Shown piece after piece: positions 15,056 through 23,835 of a stretch of DNA of 64,000 bases. Origin of the DNA: Fidelibacterota bacterium (GTDB lineage Bacteria; Fidelibacterota; UBA2242); assembly GCA_049975265.1 (NCBI GenBank), contig JBNGDF010000001.1:96001-160000 (forward strand), written 5' to 3'. The position numbers were made by a program, and so were the translations under genes. Position 1 is the stretch's first letter. Each line of letters opens with the position of its first letter. The notes beneath the pieces were generated by a model. That model was not told where the DNA came from. It saw nothing but the letters and a program-made list of their open reading frames with translations, and made no database searches.

Positions 15056-17587
15056 CTGGTTTTAGAAAAGCAGGCTGAGAACTGCTACTCATTTATTGAG
15101 CATGAAATCCTTCCGACGGTAGAAAAACCCGGTCGGTATACCGGCGGTGAGATAAATGCGTATCGCAAAGAGTTCAACAAAGATAAGGCAAGTATTGCGC
15201 TAATCTATCCCGATCTGTATGACGTGGGTATGTCGTATTACGGATTTCAGATTCTTTATCATCTGTTGAATCGGGAAAGTGATGTCATTGCCGACCGGGC
15301 TTATGCCCCTTGGGTGGATTTTGAAGAGAAATTACGGAAAAATTGTCTGGCGCTTTACGGGTTGGAGTCAAAGGTACCGCTGAAATCTTTTGACGTGCTG
15401 GGATTCACACTTCCCTACGAGATGACCTTTACGAATGTGCTGAACATTCTCGATCTGGCACAGGTTCCTGTGCAATCGTCTCTGCGCTCAGATAGCGATC
15501 CGATAGTCATCGCCGGGGGCAGCGGCGCCTACAACCCGGAGCCGCTGGCAGATTTTATCGATCTGTTCGTGCTCGGAGACGGTGAAGAGCTGGCGGTTCC
15601 GCTGCTGCGTTTTTTAACCGGTCGGAGGCGGATGGGTTTCGCCCGGGATGAAACAATGCGGGCGGCGGTCTTGAAATTTTCCGGGCTGTATTATCCCCAC
15701 GCCTACTGGCGAGAGAAGACCCCCGGGGTAAATTTTGGTTTGCCCGTCTCCGACGATCCTGCTATTCCGCAAAGAATAACCGCCCGGAGAATACCTGCCC
15801 TCCGTTCCGAATATTTTCCTGTAAAACCACTGATTCCGGTGGTGGAAATTGCACAGGATCGTCTGGTCACCGAGATTATGCGGGGCTGCACTCAGGGCTG
15901 TCGATTTTGCCAGGCGGGAATGATCTATCGCCCGGTGCGGGAACGAAAACTGCAGGCTCTGCAGCAGCAAATTGAGGCATCGCTGCAGCAGACCGGCTAT
16001 GATGGTGTTTCCCTGCTGTCGTTATCATCATCCGATTACAGTCAGATTGAGGGTCTGGTAGCGGAACTGGCGGAGCTACTGGAAAATGAGCGCATCTCCC
16101 TGTCGCTCCCCTCTTTGCGGTTGGACAGTTTCTCCAGATCTTTGGCGGTGGTTGCCAGAATTACGCGGAAATCCGGTCTGACCTTCGCACCGGAAGCCGG
16201 TTCGGAATATCTGCGCCGGGTGATCAATAAGAGTGTGACGGAAGAGGATTTGATTCAATCCGTAAAGTTGGCAATTCAGTACGGCTGGCGGCTGGTAAAG
16301 CTCTATTTCATGCTGGGATTGCCGCTGGAACGGGATAGCGATATTGATGAGATCGTCCGATTAACCAGGCTTGTTTATGAACAGGGAAACCGGCGCCTCT
16401 CCATTAATATTACGCTATCGACATTTATTCCCAAGCCCTTTACCCCTTTTCAGTGGGAGGCACAGGATTCGCCGGAGAAGATTCAGCGGAAAATTGACCG
16501 TATCAAACAGGGTCTGGCGCCCTTTAAAAGGATCAAAATCATGGTGCGTGACCCATTTTATTCTCTGCTGGAGGGTGCCATTTCGCGAGGAGATTGCCGG
16601 ATGACTCAGGTTATTTACCGTGCCTGGGAAAAGGGTGCGAAATTCGACTCATGGCGGGAGTTATTCAAACCCTCTGTTTGGATGGAGGCTTTTCGGGAGC
16701 AGGGGTTGGAGCCGGCGGATTTTACGGGACGCCGGTCGGTCGACGAAGCGCTGCCGTGGGATATCATCGATGCCCGGGTGACCAGGCAATTTCTGGCAAA
16801 CGAATGTGCAAAAGCCTATCGGGCAGAAACCTCTCCTGACTGTCGGAACGGATGTATCGACTGTGGGGTCTGTGACTTCAAATCCTTGTTGATGAAATTG
16901 GCGCCGGAGGAAGAGGTCCCGCCGGTCAGGACCCCGGGTAAACGGGATGATTTGGAGCAGAAGCAGACCAACCTGCGACACCGCATAAATTATTATAAGC
17001 AGGGACCTGCCCGTTTCATCGCCCACCTGGATACACTGCGCATGTTTCGACAGGCTTTTCGACGGGTCGGCTGGAGGCTGGCGTATACCGAAGGATTCAA
17101 TCGCCGTCCGAAAATAGCAGCCGGCTTTCCTTTGCCGCTGGGCTACGCTTCTGATGATGAGTATCTGGATGTTACAGCGCCGGACGGGCTGAATATTTCG
17201 GTGACAGAGATCAATCAGGCTCTCCCGGAAGGGATCGGAGTCAAGTCATTGAATGTTGTTTCAAAAGGGCGTTCCATTTTTGCTGCCACCACCGGTTTTG
17301 TGTACGAGCTGCGCTTTTTCAAAGCACTGCCGGAGGTGATCGATTTCTCTATTCAACAGCTGCTGGAGGGCGAAGAGATTAACATCGAAAGACGGCGGCG
17401 GCAAGATGTACGTTGCATAAATGTTCGTCCCTTTATTGACACTATTACCCGCGTAGATTTGCGGCAGTTGCGGATATCCACCCGGGTGATTGACGGTCGA
17501 ACGGTGCGACCGGAGGAGTTATTGCCGGAATTGTCAATATTTCAGAGACCGGTGATTTGCCGGTCGAAAACCTATTTGGAAAATTAA
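15056..17587 (+). CDS. TIGR03960-type B12-binding radical SAM protein fused to a TIGR03936/DUF2344 domain; probable CTG start
   Basis: Conserved N-terminus LPTVEKPGRYTGGEIN..YPDLYDVGMS lies upstream of the ORF-track start (15224); RGCTQGCRFCQAG (CxxxCxxC); GLTFAPEAG; Cys cluster DCRNGCIDCGVC; DUF2344-type YYKQGPARFIAHLD..AYTEGFNRRPKI. Confidence 0.88.
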   Translation: MVLEKQAENCYSFIEHEILPTVEKPGRYTGGEINAYRKEFNKDKASIALIYPDLYDVGMSYYGFQILYHLLNRESDVIADRAYAPWVDFEEKLRKNCLALYGLESKVPLKSFDVLGFTLPYEMTFTNVLNILDLAQVPVQSSLRSDSDPIVIAGGSGAYNPEPLADFIDLFVLGDGEELAVPLLRFLTGRRRMGFARDETMRAAVLKFSGLYYPHAYWREKTPGVNFGLPVSDDPAIPQRITARRIPALRSEYFPVKPLIPVVEIAQDRLVTEIMRGCTQGCRFCQAGMIYRPVRERKLQALQQQIEASLQQTGYDGVSLLSLSSSDYSQIEGLVAELAELLENERISLSLPSLRLDSFSRSLAVVARITRKSGLTFAPEAGSEYLRRVINKSVTEEDLIQSVKLAIQYGWRLVKLYFMLGLPLERDSDIDEIVRLTRLVYEQGNRRLSINITLSTFIPKPFTPFQWEAQDSPEKIQRKIDRIKQGLAPFKRIKIMVRDPFYSLLEGAISRGDCRMTQVIYRAWEKGAKFDSWRELFKPSVWMEAFREQGLEPADFTGRRSVDEALPWDIIDARVTRQFLANECAKAYRAETSPDCRNGCIDCGVCDFKSLLMKLAPEEEVPPVRTPGKRDDLEQKQTNLRHRINYYKQGPARFIAHLDTLRMFRQAFRRVGWRLAYTEGFNRRPKIAAGFPLPLGYASDDEYLDVTAPDGLNISVTEINQALPEGIGVKSLNVVSKGRSIFAATTGFVYELRFFKALPEVIDFSIQQLLEGEEINIERRRRQDVRCINVRPFIDTITRVDLRQLRISTRVIDGRTVRPEELLPELSIFQRPVICRSKTYLEN

Positions 17588-17605
17588 AAACAGGTAAAAT
17601 GGATT

Positions 17606-19147
17606 ATGAAAAAACAGATTTTAATCAGTGAAACCAGTAAAGAGACCCGGATCGCCATTCTGGAAGATGGTGATCTGGTCGAATTTTTTGTCGAAAAGCC
17701 GGAACATTACCGGATGGTCGGCAACATTTATAAAGGGAAGGTTGAAAACGTAATTGAGGCGATTCAGGCGGCGTTCGTTGATATCGGCTACCATTACAAT
17801 GCCTTTTTGCCCTTTTCGGAAATTGATGATCCGGACAGTGTCGGTGCCATGATCGAAAGTATTGTGCGCGACGGCGATGACGAAACAGCCACCCGAACCC
17901 GTCGTAAAAAACCGCGTTCCAATAATAGCATCGGACTGAAAAAAGACCAGGATATTCTGGTGCAGGTCATCAAGGAACCCTTTGCCCAGAAAGGACCGCG
18001 GGTTACCACCGATTTGTCGATTCCGGGACGGTTTCTGGTTTTGGTTCCCAACGAAGAGTATATCGGAATATCGAAAAAAATTACCCATCGGGATGAAAAG
18101 AAGCGGCTACGACGAATTGTTTATGATCTGAAGCCGAAAAATTTCGGGCTGATCATTCGTACCGTTGCGGAAGGACAGGATGAAAAGGTCATTAAGAACG
18201 ATCTGAATGACCTGCTGCAGAAATGGAACCAGCTGGAAAGCCGGGTCAAAAGTGATCCGGCGCCGGTTTGCGTCTATCGGGATATGGAGATCACCTCCAT
18301 GGTGATTCGCGATTTGTTGACTCCGGATATCGATCAGATTATTGTGGATTCCAAGTCGCTGTATAAAAAGCTCTATGCCTATATCAAGAGTGTGTCCCCA
18401 CAATTTGTCAAGAAGATCACCTATCATAAATCGCGCAATCCGCTGTTTTATGAATATAAGGTGGAGAAAGAGTTTGAAAAATCGCTGAATAAAAAGGTCT
18501 GGCTGAAGAGCGGCGGTTTCATCGTCATTGAACACACCGAAGCCATGACCACCATCGATGTCAACAGTGGGAAGTTTATCGGGAAGAAAGACCACGAGAG
18601 AAACTCTTTGAAAATCAATCTGGAAGCGAGCAAGGAGATTGCGCGGCAGTTGCGGCTGCGCGATATCGGCGGTCTGATCGTGATTGATTATATTGATATG
18701 GAAGAGGATGATAACCGGCAAAAAGTGTATCACGAGCTCAAGCGGGCACTTTATCAGGATCGAGCCCGGGTGGCGCTGTCACCAATATCCAATTTTGGAC
18801 TTCTCGAGATGACCCGCCAGCGGACCCGCGTCAATCTGCTCTACAGTGTCAGCGAGGAATGTCCGCTCTGTCATGGCTCCGGGCGGATTTCATCGAAGGA
18901 ATCGGTTGTGACGAAAATCGAAGGGTGGTTTCGACGGTTCAAGGTCAGCTCCAAAGCAAAACGTCTGGCGATACATCTGCATCCGGAGATGGTTGAATAT
19001 CTGCAGAAATCCACCAATAATGTCATGCGGAAGATTCAGTGGAGAAACTTCTTGAAAATCAAGATTGTGGAAGATACTTCTGTTGCGGTGGATGACTTCC
19101 GGGTCTATCTGGCAAAAACCGGAGAAGACATCACCGACCAATATTAA
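17606..19147 (+). CDS. rng: Ribonuclease E/G family
   Basis: GNIYKGKVENV..AAFVDIG S1 domain; VQVIKEP..KGPRVT; IDVNSG; RQLRLRDIGGLIVID; CPLCHGSG Zn link. Confidence 0.95.
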   Translation: MKKQILISETSKETRIAILEDGDLVEFFVEKPEHYRMVGNIYKGKVENVIEAIQAAFVDIGYHYNAFLPFSEIDDPDSVGAMIESIVRDGDDETATRTRRKKPRSNNSIGLKKDQDILVQVIKEPFAQKGPRVTTDLSIPGRFLVLVPNEEYIGISKKITHRDEKKRLRRIVYDLKPKNFGLIIRTVAEGQDEKVIKNDLNDLLQKWNQLESRVKSDPAPVCVYRDMEITSMVIRDLLTPDIDQIIVDSKSLYKKLYAYIKSVSPQFVKKITYHKSRNPLFYEYKVEKEFEKSLNKKVWLKSGGFIVIEHTEAMTTIDVNSGKFIGKKDHERNSLKINLEASKEIARQLRLRDIGGLIVIDYIDMEEDDNRQKVYHELKRALYQDRARVALSPISNFGLLEMTRQRTRVNLLYSVSEECPLCHGSGRISSKESVVTKIEGWFRRFKVSSKAKRLAIHLHPEMVEYLQKSTNNVMRKIQWRNFLKIKIVEDTSVAVDDFRVYLAKTGEDITDQY

Positions 19148-19149
19148 AC

Positions 19150-19178
19150 TTGACAAATCTTGCGGGATTATCTAAATT
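19150..19178 (+). promoter_or_regulatory. Promoter of rplU-rpmA
   Basis: TTGACA-N17-TAAATT immediately after the rng stop. Confidence 0.7.
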
Positions 19179-19227
19179 TGCAGGCCGTATTGACATTCAA
19201 TTTTTAGAGAAAAGTATGAAAAGTGAA

Positions 19228-19614
19228 ATGTATGCAATTGCCGAAATCGCCGGCGATCAGGTTGTTCTTGAATCGGGTAAAAAAGTGGCGGTTCCCAGAC
19301 TAAGCCTCGAAGAGGGACAGGAATATGTTGCCGATTCGATTTTGTATTATCGAAACGGCGATGAGGTCAAAATCGGCAATCCGACGGTCAAGGATCTAAA
19401 AATTTCCACCATCGTGGTTGCCCAGCCGCGGTTACCCAAAGTGATTGTATTCAAGAAAAAACGCCGTAAAGGCTATAAGGTGAAAAAGGGTCATCGCCAG
19501 CCGTACACGCTGCTTGAAGTAAAAGAGGTGAAAGCCGTGAAAAAGCAGAGTGTAAAATCGAAAGCAGCCACCACGCCAGAAAAGAAGACCGAGACCGCAG
19601 CAGCGAATGAATAG
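19228..19614 (+). CDS. rplU: 50S ribosomal protein L21 with Lys/Ala-rich C-terminal tail (alternative start 19216)
   Basis: MYAIAEIAG..KVIVFKKKRRKGY..KGHRQPYT. Confidence 0.95.
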   Translation: MYAIAEIAGDQVVLESGKKVAVPRLSLEEGQEYVADSILYYRNGDEVKIGNPTVKDLKISTIVVAQPRLPKVIVFKKKRRKGYKVKKGHRQPYTLLEVKEVKAVKKQSVKSKAATTPEKKTETAAANE

Positions 19615-19626
19615 GAGCGATATACC

Positions 19627-19878
19627 ATGGCACATAAAAAAGGTGTAGGAAGTTCAAAAAACGGTCGCGACAGCCAGTCCAAGCGGCTGGGGGTCAAGCG
19701 CTACGGAGGTGAATTTGTCAGCGCCGGTTCGATTATCGTCCGTCAGCGAGGCACCCGTATTCACCCCGGAAATAATGTCGGGCGAGGCAATGACGACACC
19801 CTGTTTGCGAAAGTAGATGGTGTGGTATCCTTTGAACGCAAAGGTCGCGATAAGAAGACCGTCAGTATTGTAAATTAA
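19627..19878 (+). CDS. rpmA: 50S ribosomal protein L27
   Basis: [37 protein letters not shown]. Confidence 0.98.
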   Translation: MAHKKGVGSSKNGRDSQSKRLGVKRYGGEFVSAGSIIVRQRGTRIHPGNNVGRGNDDTLFAKVDGVVSFERKGRDKKTVSIVN

Positions 19879-19885
19879 AATCCGG

Positions 19886-19938
19886 TCCCGCAATTTTCCC
19901 TTTTCGGGTCAACCCACTTCACCCTGGAAATTGCGGGA
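19886..19938. terminator. Long inverted repeat between convergent genes (probable terminator or processing stem)
   Basis: TCCCGCAATTTTCC ... GGAAATTGCGGGA followed by TTGTTGTATT. Confidence 0.55.
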
Positions 19939-19974
19939 TTGTTGTATTCAGACGAAAAATAGATCCTCGTAAAG

Positions 19975-20736
19975 TTACAGAGCATTAAACCAGATCAGAA
20001 TTCGGTTTAATTCCCGGTTGCTTCCCAGATAGTAACGGGCTTCGGTTTTCCGACCGATGTTTTCTCTTAACAGGATGGAATATCCGTAAAGGTTCACTTC
20101 ACGAAAAGCCACCTCGTCGCTGACATCGGCACCAAAATATAATACAAGGGGATGCAGACCTTTCAGACGGGGCAGCAGGTCCACGATTTTGCGGACTATC
20201 ATGCACTTGTTCCACGGTTTGGCGGGGTAAATCCGGATCTGTTCCGGCAGATGCACTGCCTGCAGAAACGAATCACTGAGTTCGCGGCGGATTAGCGGCA
20301 TGAGCCGGTTTTGTTGAAAGGAATCGCCGGGAAGATCGGCGATTGTTAACATCGTGCCATTCAGGGAGACATGTTTTTCCGCCCAGCCGGGGCCGATTTC
20401 CAGAGCGAGGGATGTTTTCAGTTGCTCCAGTTGATGATAAATCATTCCGAGCTGGGGAAATTTCCAGGAAAAATTAGGACCGTCAATCTCAAAACCGTTG
20501 CTGCCGGCGTTGATCAGATGATGAAGAGCTTCTGATGGTAGGGTCTGTGGCGATTTCTGGCTGATAATTCCGGCGTAGACAGCCGGCGGTCGGCTGAGAC
20601 CGATGAGCTGATCAAGAAAAACAGTCGTGTGAATCCGGGATTTTTCGATTTCGTCAAAATTGAACAACAGGCAGATGGTTCGTTTTTGAGAAAGCTGATC
20701 GGCGAGGCGGGGAATTTCGTTTAGTAAAGGCAGCAT
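19975..20736 (-). CDS. Trehalose-6-phosphate phosphatase-like HAD protein with degenerate catalytic motifs
   Basis: LLFNFDE (cf. DxDGT), AGSNGFEI (cf. AGSHGxEI), WNK, YFGADVSDEVAF (cf. GDDxTDEDAF), TEARYYL. Confidence 0.7.
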   Translation of the reverse strand: MLPLLNEIPRLADQLSQKRTICLLFNFDEIEKSRIHTTVFLDQLIGLSRPPAVYAGIISQKSPQTLPSEALHHLINAGSNGFEIDGPNFSWKFPQLGMIYHQLEQLKTSLALEIGPGWAEKHVSLNGTMLTIADLPGDSFQQNRLMPLIRRELSDSFLQAVHLPEQIRIYPAKPWNKCMIVRKIVDLLPRLKGLHPLVLYFGADVSDEVAFREVNLYGYSILLRENIGRKTEARYYLGSNRELNRILIWFNAL

Positions 20737-20772
20737 GAACTATCATCCCCCTGGGGGATCGATCACCGGGGG

Positions 20773-22029
20773 CTAATCGTAGATATAGTAATCTCTGGAG
20801 CGAGCGGTAAATTTTTCCAGATCGCTCTGCCACCGGGAAATAAGGTTTTGAACCGCAGTGTGTTCGGTGAGAGATTTCCTTAATTGGTCATTGCCATAAA
20901 GGCGGTCGATGGTTTCTCGGAGGTCGAAGTGATTTGGATATATATTCCGGGTTGTTTCCAAAATCGTCAGCATCGCTTCCACGGAGCGGAGGCGGTCGCG
21001 ATCGGAGATGATCGTTTTCACACCACCGCATGGCTGATTCTCGTATTTGGGATTGACGGCGACATTGGGAATTGAAACAGGCGTAAAGCGAACCGGCTCG
21101 AACCGGAGTCCCGGCAGTTGCAGGTTGTTTAGTTCTGCGGCATAGTGTTCGGCGTCTATCCAGGGTGCGCCAAATTGCAGAAACGGTGCATCGGTGCCGC
21201 GTCCTTCAGAGAGATTGGTTCCCTCCAGCAGGCAGAAGCCGGGATAGACGACAGCCGTTTCCAGGGTTGGCATATTGGGTGAGGGCGCAATCCAGGGGAG
21301 CCCGGTTTGATCATACCACAGTGAGCGCTTCCAGCCCTCGGCTTTAATGACGGTGAGGTCAACATTGAAATTCTGTTTGCTGAAAATTTCACCGTTGATC
21401 CACTGAGCCAGTTCACCAATGGTTAAACCGTATCGGATGGGAATCGGGTGTGGACCGACGAAGGACTGAAAATTCATGTCGAGAACAGGTCCCTCGGTAA
21501 CATCGCCCCGGATGGGATTCGGGCGATCGAGTACCACGAAGGGAATACCGTTCTTTGCGGCACTTTCCATCGCCATTGACAGGGTAGTGATGTAGGTGTA
21601 AAACCGGGCGCCTACGTCCTGAATGTCGTAAACCAAAATGTCAACCTCCTTTAACATTTCGGCGGTTGGCTGGCGGACGCTTCCGTAGAGGCTGTAAATT
21701 ATGGCGCCGGTTTTTGGTTCGGTCTGATTTTCGATAATGCTGCCGTCGGCGTGCATGCCCCGGAAGCCGTGCTCCGGTCCGAAAATCGCCACCAGCTGAC
21801 AGTTTCCATTCCCGGATATCAGGTCAACAAGATGTCGACCCTCGCTGTCGCAGGCGGTATGATTGCAGATAACACCGATCCGCTTACCGGCGAACATTTT
21901 AAATTGATTGTCCCGAACTACATCGAGCCCGGTTTTGACGGAAGGTCTTTCAGAGGGCGACCGGCAGGCGGAAAGGAGAATTGACAGCAGTGCAAGAGTT
22001 GACAGTAAGGGATAAATGTTTTTTCTCAT
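20773..22029 (-). CDS. namZ: DUF1343 / NamZ-family exo-beta-N-acetylmuramidase, lipoprotein
   Basis: Lipobox LLSAC; FGPEHGFRG, YSLYG, DIQDVGARFYTYI, LDRPNP, RYGLTIGELA, PSPNMP, SEGRGT. Confidence 0.9.
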   Translation of the reverse strand: MRKNIYPLLSTLALLSILLSACRSPSERPSVKTGLDVVRDNQFKMFAGKRIGVICNHTACDSEGRHLVDLISGNGNCQLVAIFGPEHGFRGMHADGSIIENQTEPKTGAIIYSLYGSVRQPTAEMLKEVDILVYDIQDVGARFYTYITTLSMAMESAAKNGIPFVVLDRPNPIRGDVTEGPVLDMNFQSFVGPHPIPIRYGLTIGELAQWINGEIFSKQNFNVDLTVIKAEGWKRSLWYDQTGLPWIAPSPNMPTLETAVVYPGFCLLEGTNLSEGRGTDAPFLQFGAPWIDAEHYAAELNNLQLPGLRFEPVRFTPVSIPNVAVNPKYENQPCGGVKTIISDRDRLRSVEAMLTILETTRNIYPNHFDLRETIDRLYGNDQLRKSLTEHTAVQNLISRWQSDLEKFTARSRDYYIYD

Positions 22030-22048
22030 CGGATTTTCTTAAAAATGT

Positions 22049-22090
22049 AAAAAGAATAGCCCGACCGGTGATACCTGCCGGATCGGGCTG
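22049..22090 (-). terminator. Rho-independent terminator after ferredoxin
   Basis: AGCCCGA-CCGG..CCGG-A-TCGGGCT stem followed on the minus strand by ATTCTTTTT. Confidence 0.65.
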
Positions 22091-22096
22091 TGACTT

Positions 22097-22357
<261 letters not shown>

Positions 22358-22428
22358 TTAATATTTGACGCGGATTCTGTAGATTACGTCCGAAGATTCG
22401 TATCTGATTTTAACAAAAAGGGAATTTT

Positions 22429-23775
22429 ATGGTAACAGAGATTCAGGAGACATTGAGAGAGAGCAAGGCGATGCGCTGGCTGGCGCTTTTCATCGTCTCT
22501 TTTACGATGATGTTCGGCTATTTTTTTACGGAGGTCATCTCCCCCCTGAAACCGATGCTGGAGGCGCAGCTGGGATGGGACAGCACGGCTTACGGAACGG
22601 TTACCAGTGCGTATGGCTGGTTTAATGTATTCCTGCTGATGCTGATTTTCGGCGGGCTTGTACTGGACAAGATGGGCATCCGTTTTACGGCAATCAGTTC
22701 GGCGCTGGTGATGGTGATCGGTGCCCTGCTGAAGTATTGCGGGATTGCCTTTGCGGCCAGCCTGGGTGTCAGGACCTCCATGTGGCTGGCGGCGGTGGGG
22801 TTTGCCATTTTCGGAGTAGGCGTTGAAACCGCCGGTATCACTGTGTCGAAGGTGATCGTTAAGTGGTTCAAGGGCAAGGAGATCGCCCTGGCGATGGGGC
22901 TTCAGGTAGCGCTGGCGCGGCTGGGGAGCTTCGGCGCCCTGGCTTTCTGTCCCTATATTGCCAAGGCGTTTAATGTCGCCGCCCCGGTTCTGCTGGGAGC
23001 GGTGCTGCTATGCATTGGTCTGATTACTTTTATCATTTATAATTTTATGGATCGGAAGCTGGATCGCCAGATTGAGATTGATCTGGAAGAGGAACCATTC
23101 CGGGTCCGGGATATCGGCAAGATTATTACCAACCGCGGTTTTTGGTATATTGCGCTGCTGTGTGTGCTGTTTTACTCGGCGGTATTTCCCTTTTACAAAT
23201 ATGGACCGGATTTAATGGTCAATAAATTCGGGATTAGCGAAGAGCATGCCGGCTTGATTCCCAGCTTGGTGCCCTTTGGGACGCTGTTTCTGACACCGGT
23301 TTTCGGGAGTGTGTACGACCATATCGGCAAAGGCGCCAGTATTATGATTCTCGGATCGCTGATGCTATTGGCGGTGCACGTGATTCTGTGGATTCCGGGC
23401 TTGACCAGCGTGGCACTGGCGGTGGTTATGGTGATTATACTGGGAATTGCCTTTTCACTGGTACCGTCGGCGATGTGGCCTTCGGTTCCCAAGATTATCC
23501 CGGAAAAACGTCTGGGCACCGCCTATGCGGTAATTTTCTGGGTCCAGAACTGGGGGCTGATGGGCATTCCCTTTCTGCTGGGCGTTGTGCTGGATAAAAC
23601 CAATCCGGGTGTTGCCGCCGCCAAGTATGCCGGTGAGAATGTGAGGTATCAGTATGCTACCACCTGGCTGATCTTCATTGCCTGCAGCGCGCTGGCGATC
23701 ATTCTGTCTTTTATGTTGAAAGCAGAAGATAAGAAAAAGAGCTACGGTCTGGAGAGACCGAATATTGTAAAGTAG
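22429..23775 (+). CDS. MFS transporter
   Basis: About 12 TM segments; motif A-like GLVLDKMGIR and GSVYDHIGK. Confidence 0.92.
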   Translation: MVTEIQETLRESKAMRWLALFIVSFTMMFGYFFTEVISPLKPMLEAQLGWDSTAYGTVTSAYGWFNVFLLMLIFGGLVLDKMGIRFTAISSALVMVIGALLKYCGIAFAASLGVRTSMWLAAVGFAIFGVGVETAGITVSKVIVKWFKGKEIALAMGLQVALARLGSFGALAFCPYIAKAFNVAAPVLLGAVLLCIGLITFIIYNFMDRKLDRQIEIDLEEEPFRVRDIGKIITNRGFWYIALLCVLFYSAVFPFYKYGPDLMVNKFGISEEHAGLIPSLVPFGTLFLTPVFGSVYDHIGKGASIMILGSLMLLAVHVILWIPGLTSVALAVVMVIILGIAFSLVPSAMWPSVPKIIPEKRLGTAYAVIFWVQNWGLMGIPFLLGVVLDKTNPGVAAAKYAGENVRYQYATTWLIFIACSALAIILSFMLKAEDKKKSYGLERPNIVK

Positions 23776-23835
23776 GTATTCGCGGGCAAACTTGAAGAGC
23801 ATCACCTGGAAATTCAGGGGGCGTTTTGTATTGGA

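Noticed and set aside
19150..19227. N-terminal extension of L21 in the ORF track (TTG 19150)
   Set aside because: That TTG is the -35 element of the rplU promoter; homology starts at MYAI (19228)
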